A stretch of 64,000 nt of DNA from positions 237,538,107 through 237,602,106 of the forward strand of contig NC_085844.1 in the NCBI RefSeq assembly GCF_035594765.1. The letters are read 5' to 3'. This stretch comes from Anolis carolinensis (taxonomy: Eukaryota). The notes under the pieces were generated by a model. It did not search any database. It saw nothing but the letters and a program-made list of their open reading frames with translations, and was not told where the DNA came from. Positions 46,404-61,844 of the stretch are shown in pieces. A program made the position numbers and the translations under genes. Every line of letters begins with the position of its first letter. The first letter of the stretch is position 1.

Positions 46404-48153
46404 TAGTAGATCCAGTGCCCAGAACGGAATTAGATTAATTCAGTAACATTGAATACAAAATGTGGTGATTCCTAACAAGCACATGTACATATTTATCCCA
46501 TAATATTAAATGGATGAGTGCAAGAAGTGGCCTTTATGAGGATGGTCCCAAACCTATGGACTGGCTTTGGAGATCAGTCAGAATCCTTGCACCTTATTTC
46601 TTTCTAGCTGTGTGCAATTTTTAGCCCTCTAATGAGCTGTAATGGGCTTTATTCTATTGCACTGATTTATTTTAGTATTTCCATTTCAATATTTTTAAGG
46701 GTTTAACTTCTACGTTATTTCATTTTACTGCTTTAAGACATTGTTAGCCATTGGGAGCAAAATAAGGCTCTACAAATAAATAATACTGATGAATTGCTTG
46801 AATGGAGAAACTCTCAAGAGACATACCAGTGAATGCTGATCATTTCATTCAAATGTGTTCAGAAAGAGGGTGAGGGTGGGGATGAATAAGAGATTCAGTC
46901 TGCATTTAGCCACTTTCAGAATGCGTCCAGAAGTGTCAGCATGAACCCCTGAAAGTCAACATTCACAAAATGCCATAGATACACTATTGACATATCTATC
47001 CTCCTCTTGTTCAGTACGTGATCATTATGCACAGTGACAGCAGAACAATAGGTTAGTTGAGCAGAATCACAGATAGGGAAGGGCTCTGGTGCTACAGCCT
47101 GCATAAAGACGTTTGCAAAAGAATGCCATTGTGTTTGCTCACTGGGGAAATCCCCACTGGAGTGTTTGAATGTTTGAGCTGGTATTATATATTCATTGGA
47201 GGTCTCTGTATGAGGCAGCAATGGTTCCTCTCGGTGCCTGCCTCTAAGAGCATCTGGAAAGGTCATTTGTTCCTTCCCACTGCTTCCTTAGAGGATTTAA
47301 TAACTCCTTGACTATGGTGTCATTTGGATAAATAAGACAGAATGCTGATTCTATGTTGAGCTGTGTGTATAGCATACTGGTCGTGACTAGGACTGCTGGC
47401 GCTCTCTCATTCACAGGGTTGCCATCAGTCAAAGCCAGTTTGACAGGAGCAGCAGCAACAACAACAGATCGTATTTCAGTGGGTGAGAGTCAAACAGTTG
47501 TCTTATTCTGGAAAGCTGGGTTCTGCGGCCTCTGCCTGTCTATTTAGTGCTAAGCTAATACTTGGTCAATGGTGTGTATTTGCATTTGAAAAGGACAATC
47601 TTGTGGCTTTAATTTAATCAAACAAGAGATTCATAATATGTTGTTAGACAAGGATAGTTGCTGACCTCATTCATACATGCATATGATAGCCAGAGCCTTC
47701 CCTGATGAGACAGGCAAGAGAACCCAAGGGGCCTGAAATGGATAGAACTGTATCTGCCATGTGATGGGCTCTGTGCCTTCCGGCTACCCTTTCTCCCTCT
47801 GGTTCAGGGTTATTTCAACACTGGTTTAAGACTGCCACTATGGTCAGTTTTTCTACATGGAATGAAGGAAGAGATGTTTTGAGCCATCCCTGGTGAAAGT
47901 TTGCCATTAGCTTAAAAGGCTTTAATAAGAAAAAAACCATTGATTTAAATTTTCATAAATCAAGGAAAGCAAACAGTAGCCTTTAGAGACATCATTGTGT
48001 ATAATTTTTATTGAAAAAAATTTGCCCTTAAGATATGGCTGATCTCACCATCTAAAACTCTGCAGAACACTATGTTGATGTAATCCAGTTCAGAGAAGCT
48101 TAGTCCATATTTAGTGGTTCCTGTGGAATTGTAGAAGGGTATCACAGAGAATT

Positions 48154-48486
48154 GGGGCCCCTGGTGGCACAGTGTGTTAAAGCGCTGAGCTGCTGAACTT
48201 GCGGACCAAAAGGTCCCAGGTTCAAATCCCGGGAGCGGAATGAGCGCCCGCTGTTAGCCCCAGCTCCTGCCAACCTAGCAGTTCGAAAACATGCCAATGT
48301 GAGTAGATCAATAGGTACCACTCTGGCGGGAAGGTAGCGGCGCTCCATGCAGTCATGCTGGCCACATGACCTGGAGATGTCTATGGACAATGCCGGCTCT
48401 TTGGCTTAGAAATGGAGATGAGCACCAACCCCCAGAGTCGGTCACAACTGAACTAAACGTCAGGGGAAACCTTTATCTTTACCTTT
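48154..48486 (+). mobile_element. Sauria SINE
   Basis: Full-length copy with ACCTTT tail, abutting a MITE half at 48486-48626. Confidence 0.93.
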
Positions 48487-51400
48487 AATGCTATGGAATC
48501 CTGGGAGTTGTATTTTTACAAGGTCTTTAGCCTTTTCTGCCCAAGAGAGCTGGTGCCTCATCAAAGTACATATCCTAGTAATCCTTAGGATTGAGCCATA
48601 GCAGTCAAAGGGGTGTAGATGCACCCTGAGTTTCCAGGGACTATATGACTCTGTCACCATAACGGGAGTTGTATACACATGCACACAGTTCCTTTTATTC
48701 TGATGAATCACTTCTTGGGAAAAGGCCACCATGAATCACCAATGGATGGAACTGTGGGGATAGCCCTCACGTTGAAGTGTCCACATGCAACAGAGATCTC
48801 CACAGAACTTTCCTCCCACACAGTTAAGCCACAAGTGATCATGTAGTGGAAACAAAATACGTAGTTCTTGTTAGAAATTCTAGTCTTCACTTATTTCATT
48901 TGAATGTTTCATTTTCTGACATGAAAAATACAAGTTGTTTTCTCCCTGTTGGATGTTATTACAATTCCTGGGATGATTTTTCATATTTCTGCAAAAAGCT
49001 CACAAAGTGTTTTTTAAAAGCAAAATCCTTTCCTATTCAGATAAAAACCATGTTAAATTTTTATGATGGTTGATAGTGTTTTTTAAATGGTTTGTTGACA
49101 TTTCAACATATTTTCTTATTGAGGACAAAAAGGGTTTTTAAAGATTTTTTTTCATTTCTAGTTCCTGACTAGAGATGAATAAAGCTGGGTGACTAGTGAC
49201 TATCTTTCAGCTTAACCTACCACAGAGGACTATTGTGATGATAAAATAAACACAAGGTAGGCAACTCTGACATCTTCAGGGGAAGAGCAGATCAAATATA
49301 TTTCTGGATTTGCCAACACATTTAGACTCAACAAAATGCTCCAGGGAGCTGGTGAATGGATTTGGAAATGGCCTCCAAAATAGGAATGGGTGACTCCAAA
49401 CCTTGTCTTGGTACATCACTAACTAGTACTACATGTTGGGAATGAATGTTATGCTTTCAAACAGCCAATTTTAAAAAGCAGCTTCGTACTTCTATAGGCC
49501 CCCATTTGTGGCAGTTTATACGTTTTGTTTCACTTCACTCGTTATTCTTGTTATTTCACATTCAGCTGCTATTTCTACTCACAAAATTACTATGCTCTGT
49601 TCCAGCTTTTCTTATTGTTTTCCTGCAGCAGCACTGCCTTAATGAACTTTTTTCTGTTGCAGATAATAACCAGCTATTGAGAATTCAAAAGAAAGATATT
49701 TCTCTGTGCTTATCAAGTTTTATATGTTATTTCTGTAGCAGTAGACATTTCATAGGAATAATGGTTTGCCCCCTCCCTTAGCCACATACACCTTAAATGT
49801 TAAGCCTCATTGCCAAAGCAACAAATGTATATGCCTTGATAATAACCACATGGCTCACAGGATTGGTGTTTCTTTTGCCCAAATGGGTTAAATAAATCCA
49901 GACCCAAAAGCAAACGCCTGATGCTTTTCTGCAGAGGACTACTGATTTGCATACTTTGCCATACTTACTCAAGACAACTTTTATCTAAATGTCAAAATAT
50001 GTATTAGGCTCATAAATTCAGTGAGCTAAAGTGCATGGCAGAAACGCTTTAATATGTGCTTTGGAGGCATGGGGGGATTCTCAGCGGGTGGTGACTAAGC
50101 AGGAAATATATTGCAGGACATGATGGATAACTCAGTAAAAACATTGACTCTTCATGGTTTTCATCCCCAAGATATTCCAGGTTTCCAGCTAGTTAACATA
50201 TCCAGTCAACATCTTCACTAAGGATGGAGGGAATTGTGTAAGCCCATTTAAATCTTATAGAAGTTGTTTTAGAGGTAAACTGTTGGTGGAAATGGAAATT
50301 TTGGGTTCAGTAGATGTATCAAATTCAAGCCCTGGGGTCCAAACCCATCCCGCCATGTCATTTTATGTGGCTCTCCAGATGCTGGACTACAACTCTTGTA
50401 TTCCTCATCATTGGACATCATGGCTATCGCTGATGGGCATAGAGATGCAGCAACATCTGGAAGGCTGCAGTTTGTTCTGTTTGGTCAGGATAATGGGGTT
50501 TTAATTTAGATAAGGCTTCTGAATATGATGTTTGACTTTAATGTTCACTAAAGCCTTCAGAAGGGACCTAACTGGGTTTATACAAATCCATATATATGCA
50601 TGGTTTAAAACTATTTTAACAAGTTTTCTTTTAACTTGTCAAATGCATTTTAACCTTTAGCCTTTAAATTCATTGTATTGTTAACCTTGTTCAAGCTGTG
50701 ATTTTTTAAATATATATATATACTCCCCCAAGAGCATTAGATATAAGGTGGGCTATAAACATTTTAATCAGTGGATAAATAAATATGTATACTCTTCAAA
50801 CAAATCCAACCCCAATGTGAGTCTAAAAAAGGTCAAGTACTGATAAAGACTTGATGGGATAACAGCAAAGAATCGTAGGGATTTTCAGGTAGGTCTAGGA
50901 AAGAATTCTATCTGAAATTATGTAGAGTTTCTGAAGTCCAAACTGGCAATTCTACATCTCGAGTGTTCCTTACCTAAGAAAACAGTATGGAAGGTTAGGA
51001 TTGAAAGAAGTCAGTAGGCAACTAGAAGACCCTGGCAACCATATCCACACTCATAACCATCCACAATAATTGTACAGCAGTGTGAATGAACAGGCAGTGA
51101 ATAGCAAACCAATGTGAAATGGTTTGAACAGACGCCCATCCTCCCACATACCCTGAAAGCAGACTTATGGCAAGGAGATTGTAGCAGCCTGGGGAAAGAG
51201 AGGATTCTGGAACTCAAAGCTATCAAGTCCCATGCAATTTTCATGAGTATATGCACAGGCGGATGAAAAGTGTTTTAAAAATTGAATTAGGATGCAATGC
51301 TTTCTAGCACCAGGGCAATAAATTAATAAAAGCCTGTCCCCTCAGTGCTCTGTCTCCCTGGTGTAGTGCCCAATTTGCATACATTATATTTCCACCTCAT

Positions 51401-52062
51401 GGAATCATCCTTGCAGGAGCTTGGTTCTTGGGTTTGCATTATATTCTCTGGCTTTTTGTCTCTAGCTAAGAGCTATGCAGTCTGGCTGCACTGAGTGGGT
51501 AAACTGGAGTTCTGCAGCCAATCAAACAGTGCTGATATTAATTGTTATAAAACATTTTTTTTTCTTTTAACAAAAACAGAGTAATAAAATTACCACGTCA
51601 AATTCTGTCTTGTGCTTTTCTACCCAATAGGTTTGCCAGTTCATAAGGTTACTGTAATGATAGAATCCCATTTTGGGAGAAAGGCAGAGTATACATTCAA
51701 TAAATAAGTAAAATGCAAAAAGCCACAATGGTAACATTTCCCTACTATGTGATTCCTAAAGGAACACCAGTTTGTCAGTGTCTTAACTGGGGGCTGCACA
51801 AAGTGCAGTCTCAGGGTTGCATGTTCCCTCCCCAGCCCTCCCTTGTTAATTTCTGTTCTTGAACTTCTGAACTTGTTCAAGAGATAATTAAACTTTTAAA
51901 ATAGGTTGCAGAGCTCTCCCCCTGTCAGCAATATCTAAAAGCAAAGTTTTGTTTGCATTTAGCAGTCATGGCAATTTGCATGGTGTCCAGTGGACACCAA
52001 GGGCAGAAGAATGCCCACCGGGGTCTAGACTCCTGGTACAGCTTGTGCTCCTTGTCTCTCAA

Positions 52063-52218
52063 TTACAGGAAAAGAGATTCCACCTAAGATCAGGAAGAAC
52101 TTCCTGAAGGTAGAAGCTGTTTGACAATGGGATATGCTGCCTCGGAGTGTAGTGGACTCTCCTTCTCTGGATGTTTGCAAACAGAGGTTGGATAACTAGC
52201 TACACATTGGGAGTGCTA
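52063..52218 (+). mobile_element. Old CR1 3' fragment
   Basis: ttacaggaaaagagattccacctaagatcaggaagaacttcctga, similar to 4898-5050. Confidence 0.7.
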
Positions 52219-53197
52219 TGGGGAACAACTAACTATAGAAAAACTCCACATAGAGCCTTTCTTCACAAAATGGAAAACATCAGCAGTTCCTCTTTGTCTC
52301 TTGGAACATTGAAAGAAATGGATGATGATTGCTTTTCTTGTTTTCTCTTCAACTGTCTCTACTTAGCCTTGATGAGAAAAGATTACACTCTCGATTATCG
52401 CTCTAAGGATCACTAACTCATCACATGGTGCAGTTGATGATTTCTTTGGATGGCTTGCTCTTGAGAAATGACAATGTGTTGTGGCTGCATAAAGATATGT
52501 TTCACCCCATGGTCACGATATTCCAAATAGGCAGAAGGACCAATGGTAGTCTGTCATCATCCCGCTTTATGTTGGCATCATGTGATAAGGAGTTATGTTT
52601 AGCACAGGACAGAAGGCCATCTCTCTGAACTAAAGATAAACATTTGGCTATTTTATCTTTGCAGGTACAGATGAATACTTTCTGCAGTGTTCTCCCATTG
52701 CAGGGGATGGAAAATGCTGAGAACAGGATGTCTTGCATTTTCTAGATGTAAAGTTTTCATTGTTACAGGAGAAGAAAGGCCCAATCATTATAATACTATT
52801 TTTATTTCTTTTTAAAAACATACTCTCATCTTATTCCCAGTCTTTATCTGAGAAAGAATCCAAGAGCAACTTGGAAAGATCAATAATAAGACAGTCTATT
52901 TCCTAAATGTCACTATCTAATAGGAATGACACAAAAGGAAAAGGAATTAGGAACAGAAGGAAAGAGTCAAAATAACCTCAGCTACTTTTTTAGCTTCAAG
53001 ATGGACTCCTCTCCCCATGTCAGATGCTGTATATATTTATTAGATCTTGGGAATTTATCTTTGAAAAAAATGAATCCAATGGCCTCTGGACGCCAACTAT
53101 ATTTGAGCCATGGTTGGTGAACCTCTTGCAACCGCAGTGACTTCAGCATGTTTTTCTAATAATTCTTCTTATAAGTAACTGCCCAAAATCTGGAATA

Positions 53198-53382
53198 CAG
53201 TCAGCCCTCCATATCCATGGATTCAACCATCTGTAGCTTAAAGAAATATTTTCTAAAAATAAAAAGTAGGCCTTTTATACAAGACGAACAATTTTACTAT
53301 GCCATTGTATATAATATTACCTGATTTTGGTATCCATAGGCAGTCCTGGAACAAAACTCCAGCAGATACCAAGGGTGCAATG
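53198..53382. mobile_element. Tigger/pogo-like MITE
   Basis: TA|cagtcagccctccatatcc ... gataccaagggtgcaatg|TA. Confidence 0.55.
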
Positions 53383-54486
53383 TATTTATATTTAAACATA
53401 CATAATGGAAAATGAGGTTGGGATTCTATTGTTAGTTCATACTAGATTAGACAACTTGAATAAATGGGATTTACTTCTGTGTTTACTAACTAAGAATTGG
53501 TTTAGTGGGTTTATACTTGTTGAGAATAACAAATTGGATTAAGGCTGGAATACTGAGTGTGAAAGCTCTCTGCTCCAGACATATGCATTCTTAGGGCAAC
53601 CCAAGGCATGTGTTTCTTTTTGTATCAGAGAACAATCTTCTATTAGCAACACTGGAGACTTTTTTCTATTACCATTCATTGAAAGCTTTTGGAAGTTGTT
53701 TTGTTCTGGACTAAGGCAGGCAGGGAGTTAACAACAACATCTCTGAGCCTAATCATCCTTGCAGTCTTGGACTTTACAATGTTTTCATATTGAGAAGTCT
53801 GAGAAAATAAAAGGAGCTTCATCTGAACTCCATTTGTTGGGGAACATCTCAGAAGGACCTTTAGAAATTGTAAAATAGGATGTGGCATTGTCATCAGTGC
53901 TAACTGGCATGGCTCATATGCCACTTTAACAATGGGCATTACTTCGAGGGAGATTGGAATTAGAGTTAATATCTTGTCCCTTCTCCCTCATTTTCCATCT
54001 ACCACTTACTAGTAAGTTAAAAACAAAACAAAATCTAGTGACAACCACAAAAGTATTAACCTTTGCAGGTGAGGGGAAAGAAAAGGATGCTTAGGAAAAC
54101 CCAACATTAGTGGCATCTCTGGGCTATGTTTCTTCATTTCACTGTGGATATTAGATAGATCTGCTTATACCCTGCAGTTCTTTGTGTATTTCTGATGAAA
54201 GCTGATTATGATTTATTGCCCTGCTTATCTTATGCTCCCTTTCAGCAAACTTGTCACTGTGGATTATGCTTGTTGGTTCCTCTTGTGCGATACATGTAAT
54301 GAAGAGTGAAATTAGGCTAGGTATATCCATGTTCAATAGAAGGCACGAGGGAGGGGATATCCTTGGGGTTTGCGTCTTATACGTATGATCACAAATCTCT
54401 GCACCCTACATTTTAGACTTGGAGCTAAATATATATGGTATTACATTGCCCTTAGCACCAGACCTTAGGACTAAGCTATAAAGGTA

Positions 54487-55112
54487 CTGGTTGAGTATCC
54501 CTTATCCAAAATGTTTGGGACCAGAGGTGGTTTGATTTTGGATTTTTTCCCCACATTTTGGATTACCTGTATTTACATATACAGTAGAGTCTCACTTATC
54601 CAGCATAAATGGGCTGGCAGAATGTTGGATAAGCAAATATGTTGGATAATAAGGAGGGATTAAGGAAAAGCCTATTAAACAAATTAGGTTATGATTTTAC
54701 AAATTAGGCACCAAAACATCATGTTATACAACAAATTTGACAGAAAAAGTAGTTCAATACGCAGTAATGCTATATAGTAATTACTGTATTTACAAATTTA
54801 GCACCAAAATATCATGATGTATTGAAAACACTGACTACAAAAATGCGTTGGATAATCCAGACATTGGATAAGTGAGACTCTACTGTATAAACATAATGAG
54901 AAATTTTGAAAATAAGAACCAAGGCTAAACATGAAATTCACCTTATAAACATAACCTGGATATCATTTTAGACCATTTAAATAATTTTGGGCATGAAACA
55001 AAGTTTGCATATAAATAATCAGAAAACAAAGATTTCTGTACCTCAGTCACCCATGTGGACAATCTTCAATTTTGGAGTATTTTGGAATTTCCAGTAACGT
55101 ATGTTCAATCTG
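54487..55112. mobile_element. Older Tc1/pogo-type MITE hosting a nested MITE
   Basis: TA|ctggttgagtatcccttatccaaaat ... atttccagtaacgtatgttcaatctg|TA degenerate TIRs. Confidence 0.65.
54582..54885. mobile_element. Tc1/mariner-type MITE
   Basis: TA|cagtagagtctcacttatcc ... ggataagtgagactctactg|TA. Confidence 0.9.
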
Positions 55113-55904
55113 TACTATAAATATGTTGCTTGAAATGGTACCCACTTGTGAACTGGAAAGATCAGATGTATGTGGCTGAAGGGAGTAATCTAGACTGGGA
55201 CAGAGGCACACAAGCAAGAAGGAGGCTAAATATTTTTTCTCCTTGCAGTACTAATTACCAATAAACATATAAAAATCTTTCCCTTTCAAGATGGCATTTG
55301 GCTGGAGAGAGAAACATCTGTTGACATAAGTACAGGTAGATATTTATAACAAATATATTTCCAGAATGTAAAGCAATTTACTACAAAAACCAAGAGCAAA
55401 GTAAGTAGAATAGCTTTGTGCTACAGTGTTGCTGTGAAAATGTTGCTAAGGGTTTTGTGTCTGAGTACGTGAAACAATAACCCTTTCCCCAATAGCCTTG
55501 AAACTGTCATCTTTAGAGGTCCTCATTTGAGTGCTTCTGATAAATAAGTTGAGGTGGGAGGCTATGCTGGAGAAGGCCGTTTCACCTTGGGTTGCACCTT
55601 GACTGGAGAACGCTCTACCCACAAGAGTTTGCCCCATACAGTGTGAGATGAAGTCTTCTTATTTTTCCAGATCTTTTTTAGATTTTTTTTAAATTCAAAG
55701 AACTAACAAAACATCTTATTACTGCTAGATGACTTCATTTTGACTTTGTTTCTCCTCTGTTAGATTTTTCATTTTCTTTTTGTTATTTATTTTGTTTCAT
55801 GATTTTTGCATTGTGTGGTTTGAAGCTTTATTTTGTGGATCAGCCAGAGAGTTCTGGCTTTTCGGGAGGAAGAAAAGTGTAGTAAAGTGCCATTGTTGTT
55901 TTGT

Positions 55905-56125
55905 TGTTGTTGTTCATCTTCATGTCATTTCTGACTTACGGTGATGCTAAGGTGACCCCGTTGCAGGGATTTTTTTTGGTAAGATTTGTACAGGTTTGCC
56001 TTTGCCTTCCTCTGAAGCTGAGGAGTGAGACTTTTCCAAGGTCACCCAGTGGGTTTCATAACTCGGTGGGGATTCACATCCTGGTCTCCAGACTTGTAGC
56101 CCCATGCTCAGACCACTGTAACATG
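55905..56125 (-). mobile_element. Old tRNA-derived SINE
   Basis: Reverse copy of the 33430 family with a (CAA)n-like tail. Confidence 0.55.
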
Positions 56126-59100
56126 TGAGCTCCATTCATAAATAATCTCTATATTAAAGATAAGGAATGAGGAGGAGATTGAAGTCAAGACAAATGTAAA
56201 TGTGCCTTACATAATACCCATTAGAAAATTGACATCTAAATTGGGGGTATTGCAACTCACACTGTTACCACTAAGCTGCAACAAGAGTATCCCAAAAATT
56301 GTGCATTAGAGAAAAATGTGTGATTGGATAAAGTGCAAAGATACAGAAACAGACAAAGTTTCCCCCCCTCCTTTCTTGTTAACCCATGTTAAGAGCTACC
56401 GGTTGCTTGCTCCATTGAGCTGTCACATTAATAATATTTCTTCATGTCCTGTTTGAACACTTGGAATGAAATAACACATGCAGGAATTGGGGTGGGAAAA
56501 GAAAAACTCTTTGTCCAAATCCTTTCAGTTTCTTTATTTCTTGCTTTTTATTACAATTCCATTTGGTAGAAGCATTGATGGCACTTCAAAAAAAAACCCC
56601 CAAAACAACCAACCATTACTTACTTTACTAGCTCTACATTATTTATCACATAATCATGCAGTGCTTACTGTATTCAGGATGTGTTTGCCACTGTGACCAT
56701 GATAGGAAAGTGTAGAAAAGCAATGAAGTTGAGGAAATAAGAGCAACCTATGTGAAATAACAACAACAGGATATTGTGAGGCAGAGATTTCACTGCTGAG
56801 GTTGCCATAATACCACCAATTTCCCAGATTATGCAGAGATAAATTCAGATGACATAGTGAAGGTACTCATACCTGGGAGCTGCAGCCAGTTACGACCAGA
56901 GTTTGGAAACTGAACTTTGCTCAAGCACTAGATAGAGTATTCATTAACAAATCCAGTGAGGATATAACTGCTATCTATCTGATTAACTAGTCCCATTCTT
57001 GAACTGTTCGTGTCACTATATATTTCCAGGGAGCTTGAAATATTCTAAAATAGTTTCATCATTCTCTCTTCTTTCAGTGGGAGGGTGAAAACTTTGCCTT
57101 ATTTTCAGAACCCAGTTTTGGATTGATCCTAGAGTTGTTTGTGTATCATTAAATTTTACCAAATGTCGGCTGAAGAGTGTATGAACTGGGAATGTACAAA
57201 GCTTTCCTGTCCCATAGTGCATTTCTAGAAGTTGCTTAGCACATGATATAGGCCATTTGATAGAAGAAACACAGTCTGAAAAAGAACTGTGGTTTTCTTA
57301 TATTCAAGTGATGGAAGTTCCTTGACTGACAGCTGACATTGAAGCTAATGACTGATGAACTTGACCACGCTCCCTTTCCGAACTCATCACTTCAGTGCAC
57401 ATGCAGCTGCCAATGCTTCATGTCCATTGTACCATTTCAGGAATATCAGGAATAGAACAGTTTTTGGCAGTGTCCCCAATTGCCCATCAACCACAGTATG
57501 GGTGTATGGACAGATATTTTGACAATTGCCCTGTGAAGTTATGAAGAGTAGGCAGTGTTGTTTCCTTCATACTGTTGTATTGCACAAAGTAGCAGCTGGA
57601 GGTTTCTGCTTTGGGTTTTGATAAGAATATCAATGTAGCTTTCCAGGATGCTGAGCCCTGCCCACAAAATAGGTTCAGCTTCTTGGATCGGGCATAGTAG
57701 AGTCAAGGCTGGCAGGCTTGAAATGCTGTGCTTTCTGTTTCTTTGTTTGCTTAGCGAGGACAATGAGATCATCTACCATTCAAGCTTCATAGTACGGACA
57801 GACTATACCTTAGTCAGGGCCTGACAAATTATTGTTTTGGATGGTGTTCTCAGAATCCCCCAGTCAACATGACCAACATGCCTTGATGACTAGGGAATTT
57901 TAGTGTCATCTAAAAAAGCAACACATCCAGGCTTGGAGCTCAATGGGAGATCACATAACTTGCATGTAGACTATCCCAGAACAACATTTGGAGGTATTTC
58001 TGCTTGAAAACCTGGAGAATACCTGTCAATCTTACACTGGCAATACAGGATGAGATCAACCAATGCTCTGACTCAATCTAAGGTCACTTCTAATGTTTTA
58101 TTCCCTCTAGGATTACTTGGAGTCATAGTGAGGAAACTAGGAGAATGACATTTTCCATAAATTTGTCCATGGTGTGGTGCAACATATTTTGAGGTTTTAC
58201 TAAAAAACTACTCCAGATAGAGATGAAAGCTGGTAGAAATGGTTTGTTATGGGATTAGAACAGTTGCCTACCTGTTTGGATTGTACTTGGCTTTGAGAAT
58301 TTTCGTTGTCAGCGTTTGCTGTTCAAAAATTATATTGCACCACAATGCAAGAATAAGCAAAGGGAATGCTGGTCCAACTTTAAATTGTAAGTTACACCCA
58401 AAATAGACCCATTGAATCAATCTGACTTACATTAACATTGATTTGTCACTTAGCAGTCGTTTCAAATCCAGATTGGGGCTAACAGTTAGATTAGGCCATA
58501 GTGAGGAAGAAGAATGAAATGTAAGGCTTAATACTTCTATAAAGTACTGTAAGTTTCTAAGATTATCTCTATATGGGAATTGGCTGAAACGTAGGGAGAA
58601 ACCATTTGCTTGTGTCCCCTTAGTGAGTTTACTGCTAAAGGAAAATGTAAACCAGGTACATTATGTTTCAGAGTTCATGCTTTGTTACAACAATGAGCAT
58701 CGTGAAAAATCTGCATGAGAAATTTCACTAGTATTCTTATCAAATGATAACAAAATAAAGAGATTCTGTTCAGACAGGAAGATCCAAATCCACTTTGACA
58801 TTTTGCTTCATCAGTGGCAACTCTGATATGAACAATTGCTCTCCCAAGACACGCTGCCCCAACCCCAAGAAGTATCGCAGATGTATTTGCTTCTCCTTAA
58901 ATTTCTCATGTTTGGTATGAACACTACATTCTGAATTCACCTCAAAGTTTCACTTAGATAACATTAGACCGTGATTTTAGCCACGGCACAAAATTACATT
59001 GATACCAATATTAACATCAATAATAGTAATTTGCTCATTTATATTCTCCTCTTTTCCCAATAATGGGCCTCAAGACAGCTTGTAACATATTAAAAAAGCA

Positions 59101-59589
59101 GTTCAGATTGAAAACAGAAACTACAATAAAATTATAAATATAAAAATTATTTAAAAGACAATTTATAAAATTAAACATAAAAATAATTTAAAAGCAACAA
59201 ACTACTGTAACCACAATTATGTGATCAAATGTGAGGACTTTTTATATCAGAAGTTCCCAATCTTTGGTCTTCTAAATATTTGAGACTAATTTCGAGAATT
59301 CCTGAATACTGGCCAAGCTGGCCAGAGCTTCTGAGAGTTGAAGTCCAAAAGAACTGGAGAATCAAAGTTAGGGAATCACTCTTTTAGATGCTTATGTTCT
59401 AGACACTTTATTTACCTATGAGTACAATGTTGAATAACTGCTTTTATCATAGATACCACAAGTCTGAACTCAAAATGTTCAATTGCCCTTATATTGCATT
59501 TTCAGAGGTGCAACAGTATAATATAAAAGGATTCATTAAACAGAAGATTATTTACTTAATCTAAATCCTGGCTGACTCTAACTTAAGGA

Positions 59590-59803
59590 GCACCCACAAT
59601 GTAGAATTAATGCAATTTGACACCATTTTAACTGCCATGGCTCAATGCTATACAATTATAGAGGTTGTAGTTTAGTGAGACACTGGCATTCTTTGACATA
59701 TTAAGCTAAAGACCTTGTAAAACTAAGACTCCCATAATTCCATTGCATTGAGCCATGTTTAAGTGATGCCAAACTGCATTAATTCTACAATGCAGATGTA
59801 CCC
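59590..59803. mobile_element. Palindromic MITE (same family as 10990-11196)
   Basis: tgtagaattaatgcaatttgacacc / gccaaactgcattaattctaca inverted arms. Confidence 0.72.
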
Positions 59804-60435
59804 TAACTCCCTCCAACTCACATCCCGCTGTCATATTCCCAACATTGAGGTTTATCAACTCCTACAATCTGTTGTGTGAATCTGTATGAAAGCTGAGGAA
59901 TGGCTCTCTCTAACTTAAATCTAGATTCCCACTTTGACCTTCATCTAAACTTTTTGACATTCTTTCAAACACTCAGCCAAAAGCCAGTCCTTCCCATCTT
60001 TCCATCCTCTCACAAAGTCCTAGCAGATCACTTACTTTATTGCCTTTACAATGCATTACTTAGACAGCTATACCTTACCTTAATTTATCTAATAATAACA
60101 GCAACATTTTTACATAACACCAGAACATCCAGACACACAAACTCACACAGTACTTGACAGAATCTGACAGCAGCTGGTGTCATTTAAATTCAGTGCTTGC
60201 CAGGGGTTTTTTTTAAAGGCCAAAATAAAAATCACAATATGCAAGGAAATCTGAAGTCCTCCCATTTCGAATGCTGAAAAAAAATTGCTACAAAGGCAGG
60301 AGTTGCAACTCAAATTCATGTTCAAAGCTTAAAAAGCAGGATCAAAGGTCTTGAAACAGACACTTCAGCTCCGTGGTGCAGGTGTCATGGGTGATCAAAA
60401 AAGACAAATAAATAGATCAATAAATAGGAAATAAT

Positions 60436-60772
60436 AAGGTAAGGTAAAGGTAAAGGTTTCCCCTGACGTTAAGTCCAGTCATGTCTGACTCTGGGGGTTG
60501 GTGCTCATCTCCATTTCTAAGCCGAAGAGCCGGCGTTGTCCGTAGACACCTCCAAGGTCATGTGGCCAGCATGACTGCATGGAGCGCTGTTATCTTCACA
60601 CCGGAGCGGTACCTATTGATCTACTCACATTTGCACGTTTTCGAACTGCTAGGTTGGCAGAAGCTGGAGCTAATAGCGGACGCTCACCCCGCTCCCGGGA
60701 TTTGAACCTGGGACCTTTCAGTCTGCAAGTTCAGCAACTCAATGCGTTAACACACTTTGGCACCGGGGCTCC
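60436..60772 (-). mobile_element. Sauria SINE
   Basis: Full-length copy; TSD taggaaataata. Confidence 0.93.
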
Positions 60773-61844
60773 TAGGAAATAATAATAGATAAATAAATAG
60801 GAAATCAAGGCTGAACACTCCCTAGATGCCAAGATAACTAATGTGAGACTGTCATACTTTGGTCATATCTTGAGAAGACATGACTTTTTAGAAAAGATAA
60901 TGTGTGCATCTGTACCTTAGAATTAATACAGTTGGATGCCACTTTAACTGTCAGGGCAAAATACTAACTTTCTCTGCCAAAGAATGCTAGTGCCGCATCA
61001 AACTACAAATCCCATGATTCCATAGCATTGAGCCATGGCAGGTAGTGGCATTAATTCTACAGTCATGACTGGTAAGATAGAAGGCAATGGGAAAATAGAA
61101 AGACCCCATTATAAGTAGATAAGCCTAAGGAAGGAATCCACCAGCCAGAGTTTGCAAGAACTGAGCAGGACTTTTGATAAGAGGCCAGCTTGGAGGTTTC
61201 TCATTCACAGGGCCACCATAAGTTGATATCAAATTGATGGCAGCCTACAATAACATAATTTCAGCTCTAGGAAACTGCTGCTACCAACTATTTTGGGCAA
61301 GTGAGATGAGCCAGTGATGTGGGGTAGAAAATGATCAGGGTGGTTACTGGACAAAAGAATTCTGGGCTAAAAGGAGCATCCTTAGCCAAAAAGCTAAGGA
61401 TGAGGCTTGATCCAGCATGGAAGTCCTCATGTTTCAATGCAGATCTCAAGAGCTGTGGGATATTACAGTTCTATTAGCGATATGCTTTTGAACTCTGATT
61501 TAAGCCTCATCGTGCTGCCAAGATGGAGAGTAAAAAAAAAATGGTGAACTGTTTCATGAATTATGACAGCTCAGCTCTTGCAGCAAATCCTTTGAGACTC
61601 TGCTTGGTCTTGTCATTGTTCTTACTCTGCCTTATCCTTGGCTTTTTGGCTGTGCTCCTTCATTATATCCTGAAGAACATTTCCCAAACATTTAGCTATA
61701 ATTGCTTTTTGGGGTGGGGATGTGGAGATAATAAAGATCATGAAGAAGTCTTTACCATGAAGTACTTTTTGACTGTTCTGAGACCGTGCTGACTTTGCCT
61801 TGTTCCTTCAGCTGTCTTGGTAATATCTTAGGATGATAGTGACC